The translations under genes and the position numbers were made by a program. A DNA stretch of 64,000 nt from the NCBI GenBank assembly GCA_951406725.2, contig OX597814.1, forward strand, positions 108,128,001 through 108,192,000, given 5' to 3'. The notes below the pieces were generated by a model, which made no database searches, was not told the origin of the DNA, and saw only the letters and a program-made list of their open reading frames with translations. Shown here piece after piece: positions 51,059 to 63,625 of the stretch; the stretch's first letter is position 1, and every line of letters starts with the position of its first letter. The DNA comes from Octopus vulgaris (Eukaryota).

Positions 51059-52249
51059 TATACGCAGCAGTCCGGGCCATGTGCTAACAAGTTTGCTTTG
51101 CAAACTACATCTTGTGCAAGTATCTCCTACCATAGCCTCAAGCAGACCAAAGCTTTGTGAGTGGGTTTTCATAGACAGAAACTGAAAGAAGCCCGTCATA
51201 TGTATATGTGTGCATGTACATGCATGTGCTTGTTCAGCACCAACACTCAATAACCAGTGTTGTTGTGTTTACATCCCCATAACTTAGCAGTTCAGCAAAA
51301 GACACAGAGTAAGTACTAGGCTTAAAAAGACCAAAAAATCCCCGAGTACTGGGGTTGATTTGTTCAACTAAAATTACTCACGGTGGTGCTCCAGCATAGC
51401 CAGTCAAATGATTGAAACAATACACACACACACACAAGACTTTTGGTTTTCCAAATGTTTCTTAGTCTGAAAAAAAGCATTAATCTAAAGCTTCGAAGTT
51501 ACTGTCAAAAGTAACAAACACTACAGTTGAAAGGTATTGGAACAATCTTTTAATTATTGGTTGTGTTTTTTTTTTCACACATGTATAACTACATATAAGT
51601 ACAAACATTTACAAGCACACACACACACACACAGGTGTGTGTGTGTGTGTGTGTATGGGAGTGTGCGTGATTCACAATAAGAATGGAAAAAGGGTTAAAT
51701 AATTTTTGGCAGAGAAACATCAAGTGGGGAAAATTCTGGACATTTACGAATGGAATCACTTAATCCGATTAGTATTCTTCTGTCTAGTTCTGGAATTCAT
51801 TTTGCTATTTTTATTAATGTGCTTGTTTGGGCCAAAAATATCTGCAGCTAAGTTTGGTAGCAGGAAGAAGGCGCTAAAAGTCCAACAGCCGATTATTTAT
51901 TCTGTTACATCTCTGGAATTGGAAACTGACTAAACAGGAACTGGTTTAAGATGGTCAGGTGATAGAACCGGTAGAGCACCGGATCAATGCCTTGAAGGAA
52001 TTCTTCTGGTGTTTGGCATTTCTGTGTTCCAATTTTGCAGAGATCAGCTTGGCTTGTAATCCTTTTGGGGGTTAATAAGCAAAATACCAGTCAAGTACTG
52101 GTGTCTATTCATTGTGAAAGGATCATGGTGACCATTGACAATGCCCCCTTTGCACAAAAAAATGGAGGAGGGTGTTGGAGCAACAGAGACTACCAACATC
52201 TTACCTGTTGCACTAGTAAAGCTGTCCAAAAAATAGAGACTAACCCCAG

Positions 52250-52272
52250 GGTGTGAGTGTGTGTGTGTGTGT

Positions 52273-52323
<51 letters not shown>

Positions 52324-52470
52324 TGTGTGTGTGTGTGTGTGCGTGTGTGTGTGTGTGTGTGGGTGTGTGTGTGTGTGTGTGGGTGAGTGTGGGTGTGTGT
52401 GCGTGTGTGTGCGTGTGTGCATGAGTGTTGAGTGTGTGATTGTGTGAGCGAGTGTGTGTGAGTGTGTGCA
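52250..52470. repeat. Compound (GT)n microsatellite
   Basis: Direct inspection. Confidence 0.95.
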
Positions 52471-52609
52471 TGCGTAAGTGTTTGCGGTTAAGAAATTTGC
52501 ATAGCAACCAGATAATTTAGAGTTCCGTCTCACTGCCCCACAACACTCTGGAGAAATGTATTCTTCAGAGCCCCAAGCTAATCAATGCCTTGAGGGGGTA
52601 TGTATATGC

Positions 52610-52935
52610 AGCCAAGGCATGCAGCCAATGATTAGGGCATTCAGTTCACAATCACAAGGCCATGAGTTCAATTCCTGGCAGAGCACTGTCTCCTTGGGCA
52701 AGGTACTTTATTTCACATTGTTCCAGTCCACTCACCTGGTAAAAATGAGTTGTACTTGTAATTTAAAGGGACAGCTTTATCACATTCTGTGTCACATTGA
52801 ATTTCCCGAGAACTATGCTAATGGGACACATGTCTAAGGAGTGCTCAACCACTTGTATGTTACTTTCATGAGCAGGCTGTTCGGTTGATCAGATCAACTG
52901 GGACACTTTGTTGTAACTGACAAGGTGCCACGTAA
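52610..52935 (+). mobile_element. Distinct tRNA-derived SINE with CORE-like body
   Basis: Box B-like gagttcaattcc, then tccttgggcaaggtactttatttcac. Confidence 0.55.
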
Positions 52936-53012
52936 AAGGTCTAGTTTGTCAATGAAAGAGTACTCAATACGTGTTGCAAACTGCATTTTATTTATTTTAA
53001 CAGAATTTCTTT

Positions 53013-53057
53013 TTCTCACAGCTTGAGTTTCAAACTCCTGTGCTCATCAGGTGAAAA
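53013..53057 (-). ncRNA. Degenerate minimal hammerhead motif
   Basis: ttttcac-CTGATGA-gcacaggagttt-GAAA-ctcaag-ct-gtgagaa. Stem I has 7 bp, but stem II and the cleavage site are eroded. Confidence 0.4.
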
Positions 53058-53839
53058 TTATTTTTCTTTCTGTACACATTTTATAAACATTGGAGTGGGT
53101 CTGTTCTTATACGAACATGTGGTGCCATGCAAATAAATATGTACACACACACACACACACACAAATATTTAAGAGAAAGAGAGAAGGGAGAGCAATTATT
53201 TTGTGAATAGAACTTTAATATGAATATGTAACCTTTCTCCTATGCCACCCAGGATTACAGTAATTGATTACCAAACTGTGTTTATAGATGGAATAATGAT
53301 CAATGATCAGTGATTGGGATGTCAGCTGGAATGCAGCATGTCTAGTTTAGTTACACATTTTTTGACTTACAAACATTTCACCATTTTTTTTTTGTTTTTT
53401 TCAGGTTAGAAATATTTCACTGTCAGAGATGGATGGGGAAAAAAAGGAGAAAAAATAAAGAAAAAAGTGAACGAAACAAGCCAATATATCATGTTCTATG
53501 GAAATTTTGAACTCTTGTAAACTTTTCTTGTCATATTCAAAATATTTCATGTTGTATTAAGAATAAAAATGTTATTTGTGAAAATAAATAAGTCTAAGAA
53601 TAGATATGGCATAAGATGATGTAGATTCTTAACCAAAAACTGACATTTTATACAATAACCTCTGAATCTCTAGGAATATATTGTACGCACACGCGCACAC
53701 AAACACACACTTCAACATCTGTTTTTCCTTGCTTGCATGGGTCAGATGAAATTTCTCTATGCTTCGATGCCCTTCCTGTTGCTAAACCATGTTGACCAGA
53801 CATGCTTCCACAGAAAATTGGGAGCATGGGAAGAGATAA

Positions 53840-55032
53840 GAAGAGACGGGGGACAAGGAGAGAGACAGGGGAGAAGGAGAGAGACAAGGGACAAGGAGAG
53901 AGACAAGGGACAAGGAGAGAGACAAGGGACAAGGAGAGAGACAAGGGACAAGGAGAGAGACAGGGGACAAGGAGAGAGACAGGGGACAAGGAGAGAGACA
54001 GGGGACAAGGAGAGAGAGACAGGGGACAAGGAGAGAGAGAGACAGGGGACAAGGAGAGAGAGAGACAGGGGACAAAGAGAGAGAGAGACAGGGGACAAAG
54101 AGAGAGAGAGACAGGGGACGAGGAGAGAGAGAGAGAGACAGGGGACGAGGAGAGAGAGAGAGAGACAGGGGACAAGGAGAGAGACAGGGGACAAGGAGAG
54201 AGAGAGACAGGGGACAAGGAGAGAGAGAGACAGGGGACAAGAGAGAGAGAGACAGGGGACAAAGAGAGAGAGAGACAGGGGACAAAGAGAGAGAGAGACA
54301 GGGGACAAGAGAGAGAGAGAGAGACAGGGGACAAGGAGAGAGAGAGACAGGGGACAAGGAGAGAGAGAGACAGGGGACAAGGAGAGAGAGAGAGAGACAG
54401 GGGACGAGGAGAGAGAGAGAGACGGGGGACGAGGAGAGAGAGAGAGACGGGGGACGAGGAGAGAGAGACGGGGGACAAGGAGAGAGAGAGACAGGAGGCA
54501 AGGAGAGAGAGACAGGAGAGAGAGACAGGAGCCAAGGAGAGAGACAGGAGACAAGGAGAGAGAGACAGGAGACAAGGAGAGAGAGACAGGAGACAAGGAG
54601 AGAGAGACAGGAGACAAGGAGAGAGAGAGAGAGACAGGGGACAAGGAGAGAGAGAGACAGGGGACAAGGAGAGAGAGAGACAGGGGACAAGGAGAGAGAG
54701 AGAGAGGGGACAAGGAGAGAGAGACAGGACAAGGAGAGAGACAAGGGACAAGGAGAGAGACAGGGGACAAGGAGAGAGAGAGACAGGGGACAAGGAGAGA
54801 GAGAGACAGGGGACAAGGAGAGAGAGAGACAGGGACAAGGAGAGAGAGACAGGAGACAAGGAGAGAGAGACAGGAGACAAGGAGAGAGAGACAGGAGACA
54901 AGGAGAGAGAGACAGGAGACAAGGAGAGAGAGACAGGGGACAAGGAGAGAGAGAGACAGGGGAAAGGAGAGAGAGAGACAGGAGACAAGGAGAGAGACAA
55001 GCAGAAAGAGAGACAAAGAGAGAGAGAGAGAG
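53840..55032. repeat. Purine-rich minisatellite (gacaggggacaagg(ag)n, ~18-30 bp units)
   Basis: Direct inspection. It accounts for the 420-470 aa low-complexity ORFs. Confidence 0.95.
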
Positions 55033-55942
55033 TGGAGAGAAAGAAGAGGGAGAGGGAAGACAACTAGTACAATGCGATTGTCCCCTGAATAAAAAGGAAT
55101 CCAATAGTTGAGGTTAATATCCTGCAATTACTTCTTGGGAAAGAACGACCATGATACAGCAACATTTTAAAGGTTAGTGACAGACAGGTGTAGTGTCTTC
55201 GTATCAAGAATGGAAAACAAGTGAGGAATGCCAAGACAACGCCTGCCTTGCCATCCTTCATTTCTGAAACTAAAAAAAACACACAAACCAAATAAATTAA
55301 GGTGAGAGTTATTGATTGCAAATATTAGATTGATGTTTAATGTATAAAGGAGGGCGTGGATGGGTGGGTGGGGGCCATGTTGTTGAAACAAAGAGGAAGG
55401 AAGATAAAAAAGAAAAAGGGGAAAAAAGAAAAAGGGAAAAAAGAAAAAGGGAAAAAAAGAAAAAGGGAAAAAAAGAAAAAGGGAAAAAAAGGAAAAAAGT
55501 GTTTTTATTGAAACTGAAATGCATGTAATGGGTTTGGTCTCTTCATCATTTCATGGATGAATAAACTAATGACAAGGTGACAGTAAATATGTATTGAGAT
55601 AATTATTACCATAATAATAATAATAATAATTATAATAATTATTATTATTATTATCATCATTATTATTATTATTATTAACAAAAGCAGTTTGCTAAGACAT
55701 GTTTGTATGAGGTCTGATCAAAAAATGTCGAGAATGGTGCCATAAAATAAAAAAGCTGCAACACAAATGGATTCAGCATTTAACCCTTTCGTTACCATTC
55801 GTTTTGAAATGCATGGCCTTTATTTCAATTAATTCTTGAAGTAATGAAGAATTTAGTAAAATAACATTATCGTTATTACACTGAGTTTTTGTTTTTTTTT
55901 AACATGAAATTTCAATGAAAGGTTTAATTTAGATGACTTTAA

Positions 55943-56416
55943 CCCTTTCATTACCAACCCACCTGAAACCGGTCCTGGCTCAGTAGTACAAATGTCTTGT
56001 TTTCATATGTTCCAAATTAAAATCTTCCACCAAACCTTAGTCACAATTTCTGTTCCTAACACTAGCTGAATGATAACTAAGTTATCCTACTAAATTCTTT
56101 GTTATATTTAAAATTAATTGAAAGAAACACAGAGCATCTCAACAGAAATATGGTAACAAAAGGGTTAAAATATATAATAGAGAAATAATTCTTAACCCTT
56201 TCGATACCAACCTGGCTGAAACTGTCTCTGGCTCTGTAGTACAAATGTCTTGTTTTCATATGTTCCAAATTAAAATCTTCCACCAAACCTTAGTCACAAT
56301 TTATGTTCCTAACACTAGCTGAATGATAACTAAGTTATTTTACTAAATTCTTTGTTATATTTAAAGTAATTGAAAGAAACACAGAGCATCTCAAACTAAA
56401 TACAATAATGAAAGGG
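55943..56416. mobile_element. Two adjacent piggyBac-type MITE copies (55943-56164, 56196-56416); relatives at ~29945-30168 and 49574-49793
   Basis: TTAA|ccctttc ... aaaggg|TTAA termini with near-identical ~220-bp bodies. Confidence 0.8.
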
Positions 56417-56589
56417 TTAAAACAAGAAGTTGGTATGGTAGAACCAGGGGCAGTTTGGGGGTGGATTAGTATCAATAGAGTTAATCATCATCATCATCAT
56501 CATCATTTAGCGTCCGTTTTCCATGCTAGCATGGGTTGGACGGTTCAACTGGGGTCTGGGGAGCCCGAAGGCTGCACCAGGCCAGTCAA

Positions 56590-56837
56590 ATGTCCCCTTC
56601 TGAAGCCACACACTTGTTTGATGGAAGCATTCTTGGAACTCCTTTTTGGGGGGATAATGAGCAACTACCTCTTCATATTCTCTTGGATTTCTTTGATGTT
56701 TTGAAATCTTGTTGGAGGGTTTCCACTGTAAAGACTGAGCTTTGGCTTCAGGGTTCAAAGCCGTAGACCCACGATTCATCACCTGTTATGACCATTTTCA
56801 AAAAGTTCTGTCTTCCTCAACACAATCAAGGAGATCC
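56590..56837 (-). mobile_element. Internally deleted mariner transposase fragment (continues after 57600)
   Basis: DLLDCVEED..KMVITGDESWVYG..PEAKAQSLQWK..KEFQECF..KCVASEG. Confidence 0.75.
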
Positions 56838-57600
56838 GAATCTTTTCACTTTGACCGACAGATTTTAAAAATAATTTCTTTGTAACTAAACACTTTTAAA
56901 CTTCGTATACTGGTAGAATGTGTTACATAAAACATCTTTTTCTCTTGGCTTTATTGAGAAAATTATGTAGTTTGTAACATATTTCTTGTTTAATTTCTTG
57001 TATTTCGGCAATTTCAACCAATCAATGACGTCTATTGAGGTGAATACAATTACTGCTGTTGTTTCCAACAACTTCCGGCGGTACGTGTATTTGTTTACAT
57101 TTGAAGAAGATCGTCACTTTCCGTAAAATTTTTATTTTTTTATATATGTGGGGTTAGGGTTAGGGGTGGGGGAAGGGTATCTTTTTTCTTCAGAAATGTA
57201 AATCAGCTGCATATATATAAACATCTTGTGGCCATAAACTGAGGGATCACTCGTAAACAGAGCTGGATAACAAAACCGTTCCCTCATTTAGTGTCCACCC
57301 ATAATTATGACCCTAATATCAATCTCGAGTCTTCTTCAAATGTAAACAAATACACGTACCACCAGAAGTTGTTGTTGCAAACAACAGCAGTAATTGTATT
57401 CACCTCAATGTCATTGATTGGTTGAAATTGCTGAAATACAAGAAATTTAACAACAAATAGCTTACAAACTACATAATTTTCTCAATAAAACCAAGAGAAA
57501 AAGATGTTTTATGTAACACATTCTACCAATATATGAAGTTTAAAAGTGTCTTTTACAAAGAAATTATTTTTAAAATCGGCTGGTCAAAGAGAAAAGATCC
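56838..57600. mobile_element. 763-bp foldback MITE with ~270-bp TIRs and 8-bp TSD
   Basis: TSD ggagatcc at 56830-56837 and 57601-57608. Arms ~56838-57110 and ~57330-57600. Termini G(A/G)ATCTTTTC. Confidence 0.9.
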
Positions 57601-57674
57601 GGAGATCCTGCACAGCTGAAACTCCATCTTTTTAAACAACCAAACTCTACACACTTTACTTCCAAGTACTGCCA

Positions 57675-57791
57675 TAAACAACGGAAGTGAACAACAATGT
57701 TAGAACTTGGTGTGCAGGCAAAACAGAGTTCAAGGTCGGTCTGTGCCAAGTGGCTTCACTCTGCCTAGTTTAGTTCCGTTACCATAGCAAC
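57675..57791. promoter_or_regulatory. Candidate forkhead/ETS/RFX X-box cluster
   Basis: TAAACAaCGGAAGTG (57675-57689) and a canonical X-box GTTACCATAGCAAC (57778-57791). Confidence 0.4.
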
Positions 57792-58582
57792 AGTCCCAAT
57801 AGTTTTCGATTAGACTTTGTATTTGATAGAAAATTATCAGAAGACAGCAAATGTGAAAAATATGGAGGAACTGGAAATTAGGAAACCAACCATGATGACA
57901 ATAGCAAACATTAAAAATGGTGTGCGTGTGAGTCTTGTGCAGGTGTGCATAAATGCATGTACACATGCACGAGTGCAAGCATGCATGTTGAATTATGATA
58001 AATCCAGCCTAAATTTCTAATGAGAAGAAAATAAAACCATTTAGTTTCCATGGACTACAAAAAAAAACAAACAATTAATCCAAGAATGGCATCCAAGAGT
58101 TTAGGTAACATCCAAAATTCTTTTCTACTCAAGATCAGATCCAGCCCATCACACCTACCCGACAATGTCATTCTAAAAATAAACAAACACATCACCAATA
58201 TCTCAAAGCTATGAGATAATACATGATTGATTTTTTTTTTAATGTGAATAAATAAATATTACATTTGACAGAATCTGAATGCCAAAGGGCCAAAAATACA
58301 CACTGACCCCCCCACCACACCACACCCCGGCCAAAGCTGCTCCACCACAGTAAAAGCCAGTCCCAGAAATACAGAAAGTTAAATGTCAGTCTCTTGTTAT
58401 TCTTGTTAACTGTCACAACAAAGAAACAAGAAGCGAGTGGGAGTGTATAGAATGACAAAGAATTTAGAAAACTAACGATAATTACATAATTACGATAGTT
58501 TTAAGAAATATCAAAATTTAATAATTAATAATGTGATTTCTAAAAGATCTGACTTTTCCTAATTAGAGCCAAAAGGAGGTAT

Positions 58583-58624
<42 letters not shown>

Positions 58625-59764
58625 CTGTGAATAGATTAGAGTTAACATTGTTATTTTAGAGTTAACTGTTATTTTCGAGAGAGAGAGAAAGTCAAAACAT
58701 CATTGGATTAGCAAGGTTAATTAGCTGTAATTAAATGAAATAAAAGATGTAATTACATCAGAATTTTATGTATAAAACTACCAGCTACTGAAGAAACCTC
58801 TACAGAGTCACTCAAGAACTGAAGTCTCCCTCGGGTCACACTTTACTGCTGGCAGTAGGGCATTTCCATTGTAACTGACACAACATTTACAAGAAATTGG
58901 TTTTTATACTAAAAACGTTCTGGCATCTTAAACTAACTGAATACTTTAACTGCTGTGATGCATAAACATTGCTAGATATTGTTTAACATCCGTTTTCCAT
59001 GCTGGCATGGGTTGGATAGTCTGACTGAGGACTGGCAAGCTAGGAGGCTGCGCCAGGTTCCGATATGATCTGGCAAGGTTTCTACAGCTGGATGCCCATG
59101 TAGTATTTAATGCAACAATAAAAAGTAGTTGTTTCATACATGTTTTTTTTTTTTTTTTACCTGAAGCTAAAATATAGATGCAACCTCACAAAACACGTAA
59201 CTGACGCAACATACCTACTTTTGCAACAGTTACAAGACCTTTGTTGATATTCAAGAAAATGTAAAGCACCGTGTATAAGAATGAAATCAGAACCCCCCCC
59301 CTCACAGCATATCATAATGGTTGCAATGTTTTAAAGTAATTATTTGTCAGGATTTTGTAAACTAAACTTATAAAACCAAAACATAATTGGCACAACAAAT
59401 TCTAATAGCCACAGAAAATTCTGTTTTTGCTGACAAGCAGGATGATCTACCAAAAATATAACCCTGCCAAATGGTAGTTTTACTCCAGTTCCATCCTAAA
59501 AATAAACTTTCCATCTGGCAAAGATATATTTTCAAGAAGAACTAGATTCCTACCGTTTCTCCTTGCAGTCAAATGGCCATCTACTAGACAGGATCAAAGA
59601 TGGCTGCCCTGGTCACATGACAATCCTGCAGAATTAAATTTTTAAAAACTTTTTTGAATCCTATTGGCTCATGGGAACATAAAAATGTATAAATCATGGT
59701 AGCACAGTTTTATTATAATTTTTCAGTTTTTGTCCACTTTGGAGAAAAGTCAGGCATAAGTGGC

Positions 59765-60485
59765 GTCAGATGTGGTAAGAGAGACAACTGTGCTGGTATT
59801 GTCCTGTGATGCATATGGACGAGGACAGCTGTGTGAAGAAGTGTTGCATTCTAACGGTGGAGGGAGCCTGTGAAAGAGGTAGAATCAGGAAGACATGGGA
59901 TGAGGTGATGAAGCATGATCTTCGAATGTTGGGCCCCATGGAGGTAACCACAAGTGACTGAGACCTTTGGAGATATGCTGTGCTTGAGATGTCAAGCTAA
60001 GTGAGATCATAGTCCTGGCCAATGCCAGTGTCACATAACTGGCACATAAAAAGCACCCTTTGGATGTTGGGCGATACACTGTGCTTATTGACAAGTGAAA
60101 TTGTAGTCGTGGCTGATGACAGTGCCATCTCACTGGCACATAAAAAGCACACTAGTCAAGCATTGGGCCTCATGCAGGCAAAGACAGGCAATCACGACCT
60201 CTGGCAATATACTGTGCCACAGTGCTTGAGAAGACCTGTCAAGCCAAGTGAGATCATAGTCAAGGTTAATGCTGGTGTCATGCAAATGACACCCATGCCA
60301 GTGGCACATAAAAAGCACCTACTACGCTCTTGGAGTGGTTGACGTTAGGAAGGGCATCCAGCTGTAGAAACCATGCCAAACCAGACTGGAAACTGGTGCA
60401 GCTCCCTGGCTTACTAGTTTTCAGTCAAACTGTCCAACCCATGCTAGCAAGGAAAACATATGTTAAATGATAACGATGATGATGT
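59765..60485 (+). mobile_element. RTE LINE 3' end with full tail
   Basis: ERQLCWYCPVMHMDEDSCVKKC..RKTWDEVMKHDLR, followed by the repeat-unit tail and (GAT)n. Confidence 0.85.
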
Positions 60486-61879
60486 GGGTGAAACACAGAA
60501 CTGAGTTGAAGTGGGTGGGTCCTCTCAAAGACATCATATCACCAGACATCCTAGTCCGTTGTCATCTCCACGAGGCTCAGCATCCTCACCACTTCATCCC
60601 ATGTCTTTCTCAGTCTCCCTCTTTCACAGGTGCCATCCACTTTTAGCGATTGGCACTTCTTTATACAAGCTTAAAAAAATCCTTACATAATGATAGAATT
60701 ATCATCATTGAAAATCTATTTTCTAAGCTGGTATGGATTGGGCACAGTTTCTATTGCTGGATACCCTTCCCAATGCCAACCACTTTTAACAGGGTGTACT
60801 GAGTGTTTTTTTTTTTTTTACATGGCATCAGCACACCAACACCAGCGCATTTTTTATGAGGCACCAACACCTGTGCTTTTATGCCACTCCAGATCCTTTC
60901 TCTAGTCCCTAAGATATTTGTACGAACAGTAAATCTGTTTCAAGCTTAATTCTTAAGTAATGATGGAATATATTTAGATATTTTCTTCTTTGGGAATAAA
61001 TCTCATGAAAAGAAAATCAACAAAGAATGAACTTAATTGCTCACAATGGACAATAGAAAATTTAAGGGTCAACATACTAGAAATTTAGCATTATAGAACA
61101 AAGGAGAGAAAAGTTTGGTGACGTAGGTGTGCTGATGATGATAACATGGATATTTGTAGAAGAATTAGGCCAAGAATGAAAAGGCATGAACTAAAATGCT
61201 AGACTGTGGAAGTAAAGAACTGCTGATCAATGTCAGAGTAAACAGGTGGGTGAGAGAAATCAATGCTGAATGAAATTATCAAGGGAAACTAGTGTATGCA
61301 AATGAAACAACATCCAATTAAAACAGACATCTGTGTATCATAAGAGAATATACAAGCATTGAAAGGCATGATACTGTGGTTTTTGTCTGAGACAAAATCT
61401 CAAAAACAGGTGTTAAAAACACAAAAGCAAGACAAACATTGTTTCAGCAGTGACTCATGGAGCAGACAACCCCACGGCAGGATTTGAAATCAGTACACAG
61501 AGAGGAGAAACAAATACTGCAAGGCACTCGGTCTGTTTAACCCTTTAGCATTTAGATTACTCTGTCAATTGCTGCACCTATTTATTCTTTTCTACTGTAG
61601 GCACAAGGCTCGAAATTTTTAGGGAGGGTGCCAGTTGATTAGATTGACTCCAGTACACAACTGGTACTTAATTTATTGACCCCGAAAGGATGAAAGGCAA
61701 AGTTGACCTCGCCAGAATTTGAACTCAGAACATAAAGACAGACGAAATACCACTAAGCATTTCGCTCAGCGTGCTAACGTTTCTGTCAGCTTGCTGCCTT
61801 TGCACCTATTTATTCACTATGTTTTGAATTAATCACATATTATTGCGTCACTTCAAAATTTCAGTAATGTAATTGCTTT

Positions 61880-62995
61880 ACTTGTGGAAGCAAAACCTGG
61901 AATCTAAGGCTCTTAAAGTTATCTTAGCAGAGACTAAGGTCCTAGTAGGCTAGAAAACTGACAGGACCCTACCCCACTCAGGTAGGTGGACCTGTTCGAT
62001 TTGTAGGAAAGGTATAGGCAGGAACTCCATACAGGGTACCCAGTGCAAGTTATGGACAAACAAGAAGTGCAGTGGGTAAATTAGAAGTTTATCAGAGAAG
62101 ATGGTTTTCATATGTGGAAGATGCACAGCATCCATAGAAACTTTAGAGACTCAGGAAATTGATTCTCTCAAAAGCTTTGGTGGCTCATTAGAGGTAGGAG
62201 ATAATTTCTGCTACCTAGGGGACCAAGTTATTGGAGGGGAAGGATGCATGGAGAGTGTGATAGCCTAGAATAAGAATAGGATGGAGGAAATTCAGAGAGC
62301 TTTCATCTCTGTTGGCTACGAAAGGTTTCTCTCTCAAAGGGAAAGGAAGATTGTATGATGCATGTATATGGAGAGCAATTCTACATGGTAGTGAGATGTG
62401 GGCCCTGAATGCAGAGGACATGCAAAGGTTAAAAAGGAATGAGGCTAGCATGCTTTGCTGGATGTGTAATGTAAGTGTACACGTTCAACAGAGTGCTAAT
62501 GTATTGAAAGAGAAGTTAGGTATAAGAGGAATTTGTTGCTGTGGGCAAAAGAGAAGAGTGTGCTGGTTAAGTCATGTGATGCAGATGGATGCCAACAGCT
62601 CCATAAAAAAGGGTCAATCTCTCAAAATGGATGGAACACATGGGACAAAGTATTAAAGAATGCTCTCAGGACACTGAACCTTTCAGGCAAGATGACAAAG
62701 GAACCGAGGTACCTGACACCTTGAGGTACGCAAAAAACCCCATACCCTGCAGTAGAAGTGTTAAGACCAGTCCCTCTGGTGATGTAAAGCACTTGCGGCA
62801 GTGCCACATAAAAATCGCTATGTGGTGCCATGTAAGAGCACCCGTGTGGTAACACATAAAAGCACCCAACACACTCTGTAAGTGGTTGGCATTAGGAAGG
62901 ACATCCAGCTGTAGAAACCATGCCAAATGAAACTGGAGCCTGGGGTAGCTCCCCAGCTTGCCAGCTCTGGTGAACGGATGTTAAATGATGATAAA
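61880..62995 (+). mobile_element. RTE LINE 3' part with PHD finger, nested in a piggyBac-type MITE (~61540-63103)
   Basis: WKQNLESKALKV..TKVL, CSICRKGIGRNSIQGTQCKLWTNKKC..FICGRC, KGRLYDACIWRAILHGSEMW. MITE ends ttaacccttt (~61537) and aaagggttaa (~63103). Confidence 0.88.
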
Positions 62996-63418
62996 GATGA
63001 ATGGCATTATAGGGTAGGAGTGAGAGGCTGGATCTGGTCAATCTGAACATAAACAGGTAGAATATTTGGGCCAGACCCAGCCAGTTTGAATACTAAAGGG
63101 TTAATTAAAATCCTTGAAGGCAAAGCCCCAGCATGACCCCAGTAACGCAATAATATAAAAAGAAAGAGTACAGATTTACTTCTTGGGAATTTCCTTTACT
63201 GATGACCTGGTTCTCATAGCAGAACCTGTTGAAAGAAAAGTTCCAAACCTGAGAGAATGGTAGGGAGTCCAACATCTATAAAATCAACAAAAACTGGAAT
63301 GTGAAGACTCCATTAATAAAGGGCAGAGCATCTCAAGGACATGTGTGGACTAATGTTTGTTTTACATTAATCTGAAGGGTTACTCTATTCAGTTTATAGT
63401 ATAAATTTGTTATTCCTT

Positions 63419-63625
63419 AAGAATATTATTGGCAGTGACTTTGACAATGGCTTACCTGGCCAAAACTTTAGACTGTGATGCATTGAAGTTAATCTTGGCT
63501 TTATATAGTCTCTGTTGGGTTATTATGAGGAGGTGTTTTGGAGAAATTTTTATTAACCTCATGACATCACAGTCTGAGGGTGAACTACTGGCCAAAACTT
63601 CGAAGTCACTGTCAATAATATTCTT
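63419..63625. mobile_element. Small MITE with ~25-bp TIRs
   Basis: aagaatattattggcagtgactttg / cgaagtcactgtcaataatattctt. A solo end of the same type lies at ~6004-6034. Confidence 0.6.

Noticed and set aside
53375-53410. Plus-strand polyT-CAG|GT resembling a recursive splice site
   Set aside because: No plus-strand gene is evident, and such motifs arise easily in T-rich DNA.
53648-55127. 420-470 aa ORFs on both strands
   Set aside because: Translations of a purine minisatellite lacking stop codons; open in most frames with no domain content.
57150-57166. Interstitial telomere
   Set aside because: Only two TTAGGG units, inside a MITE.
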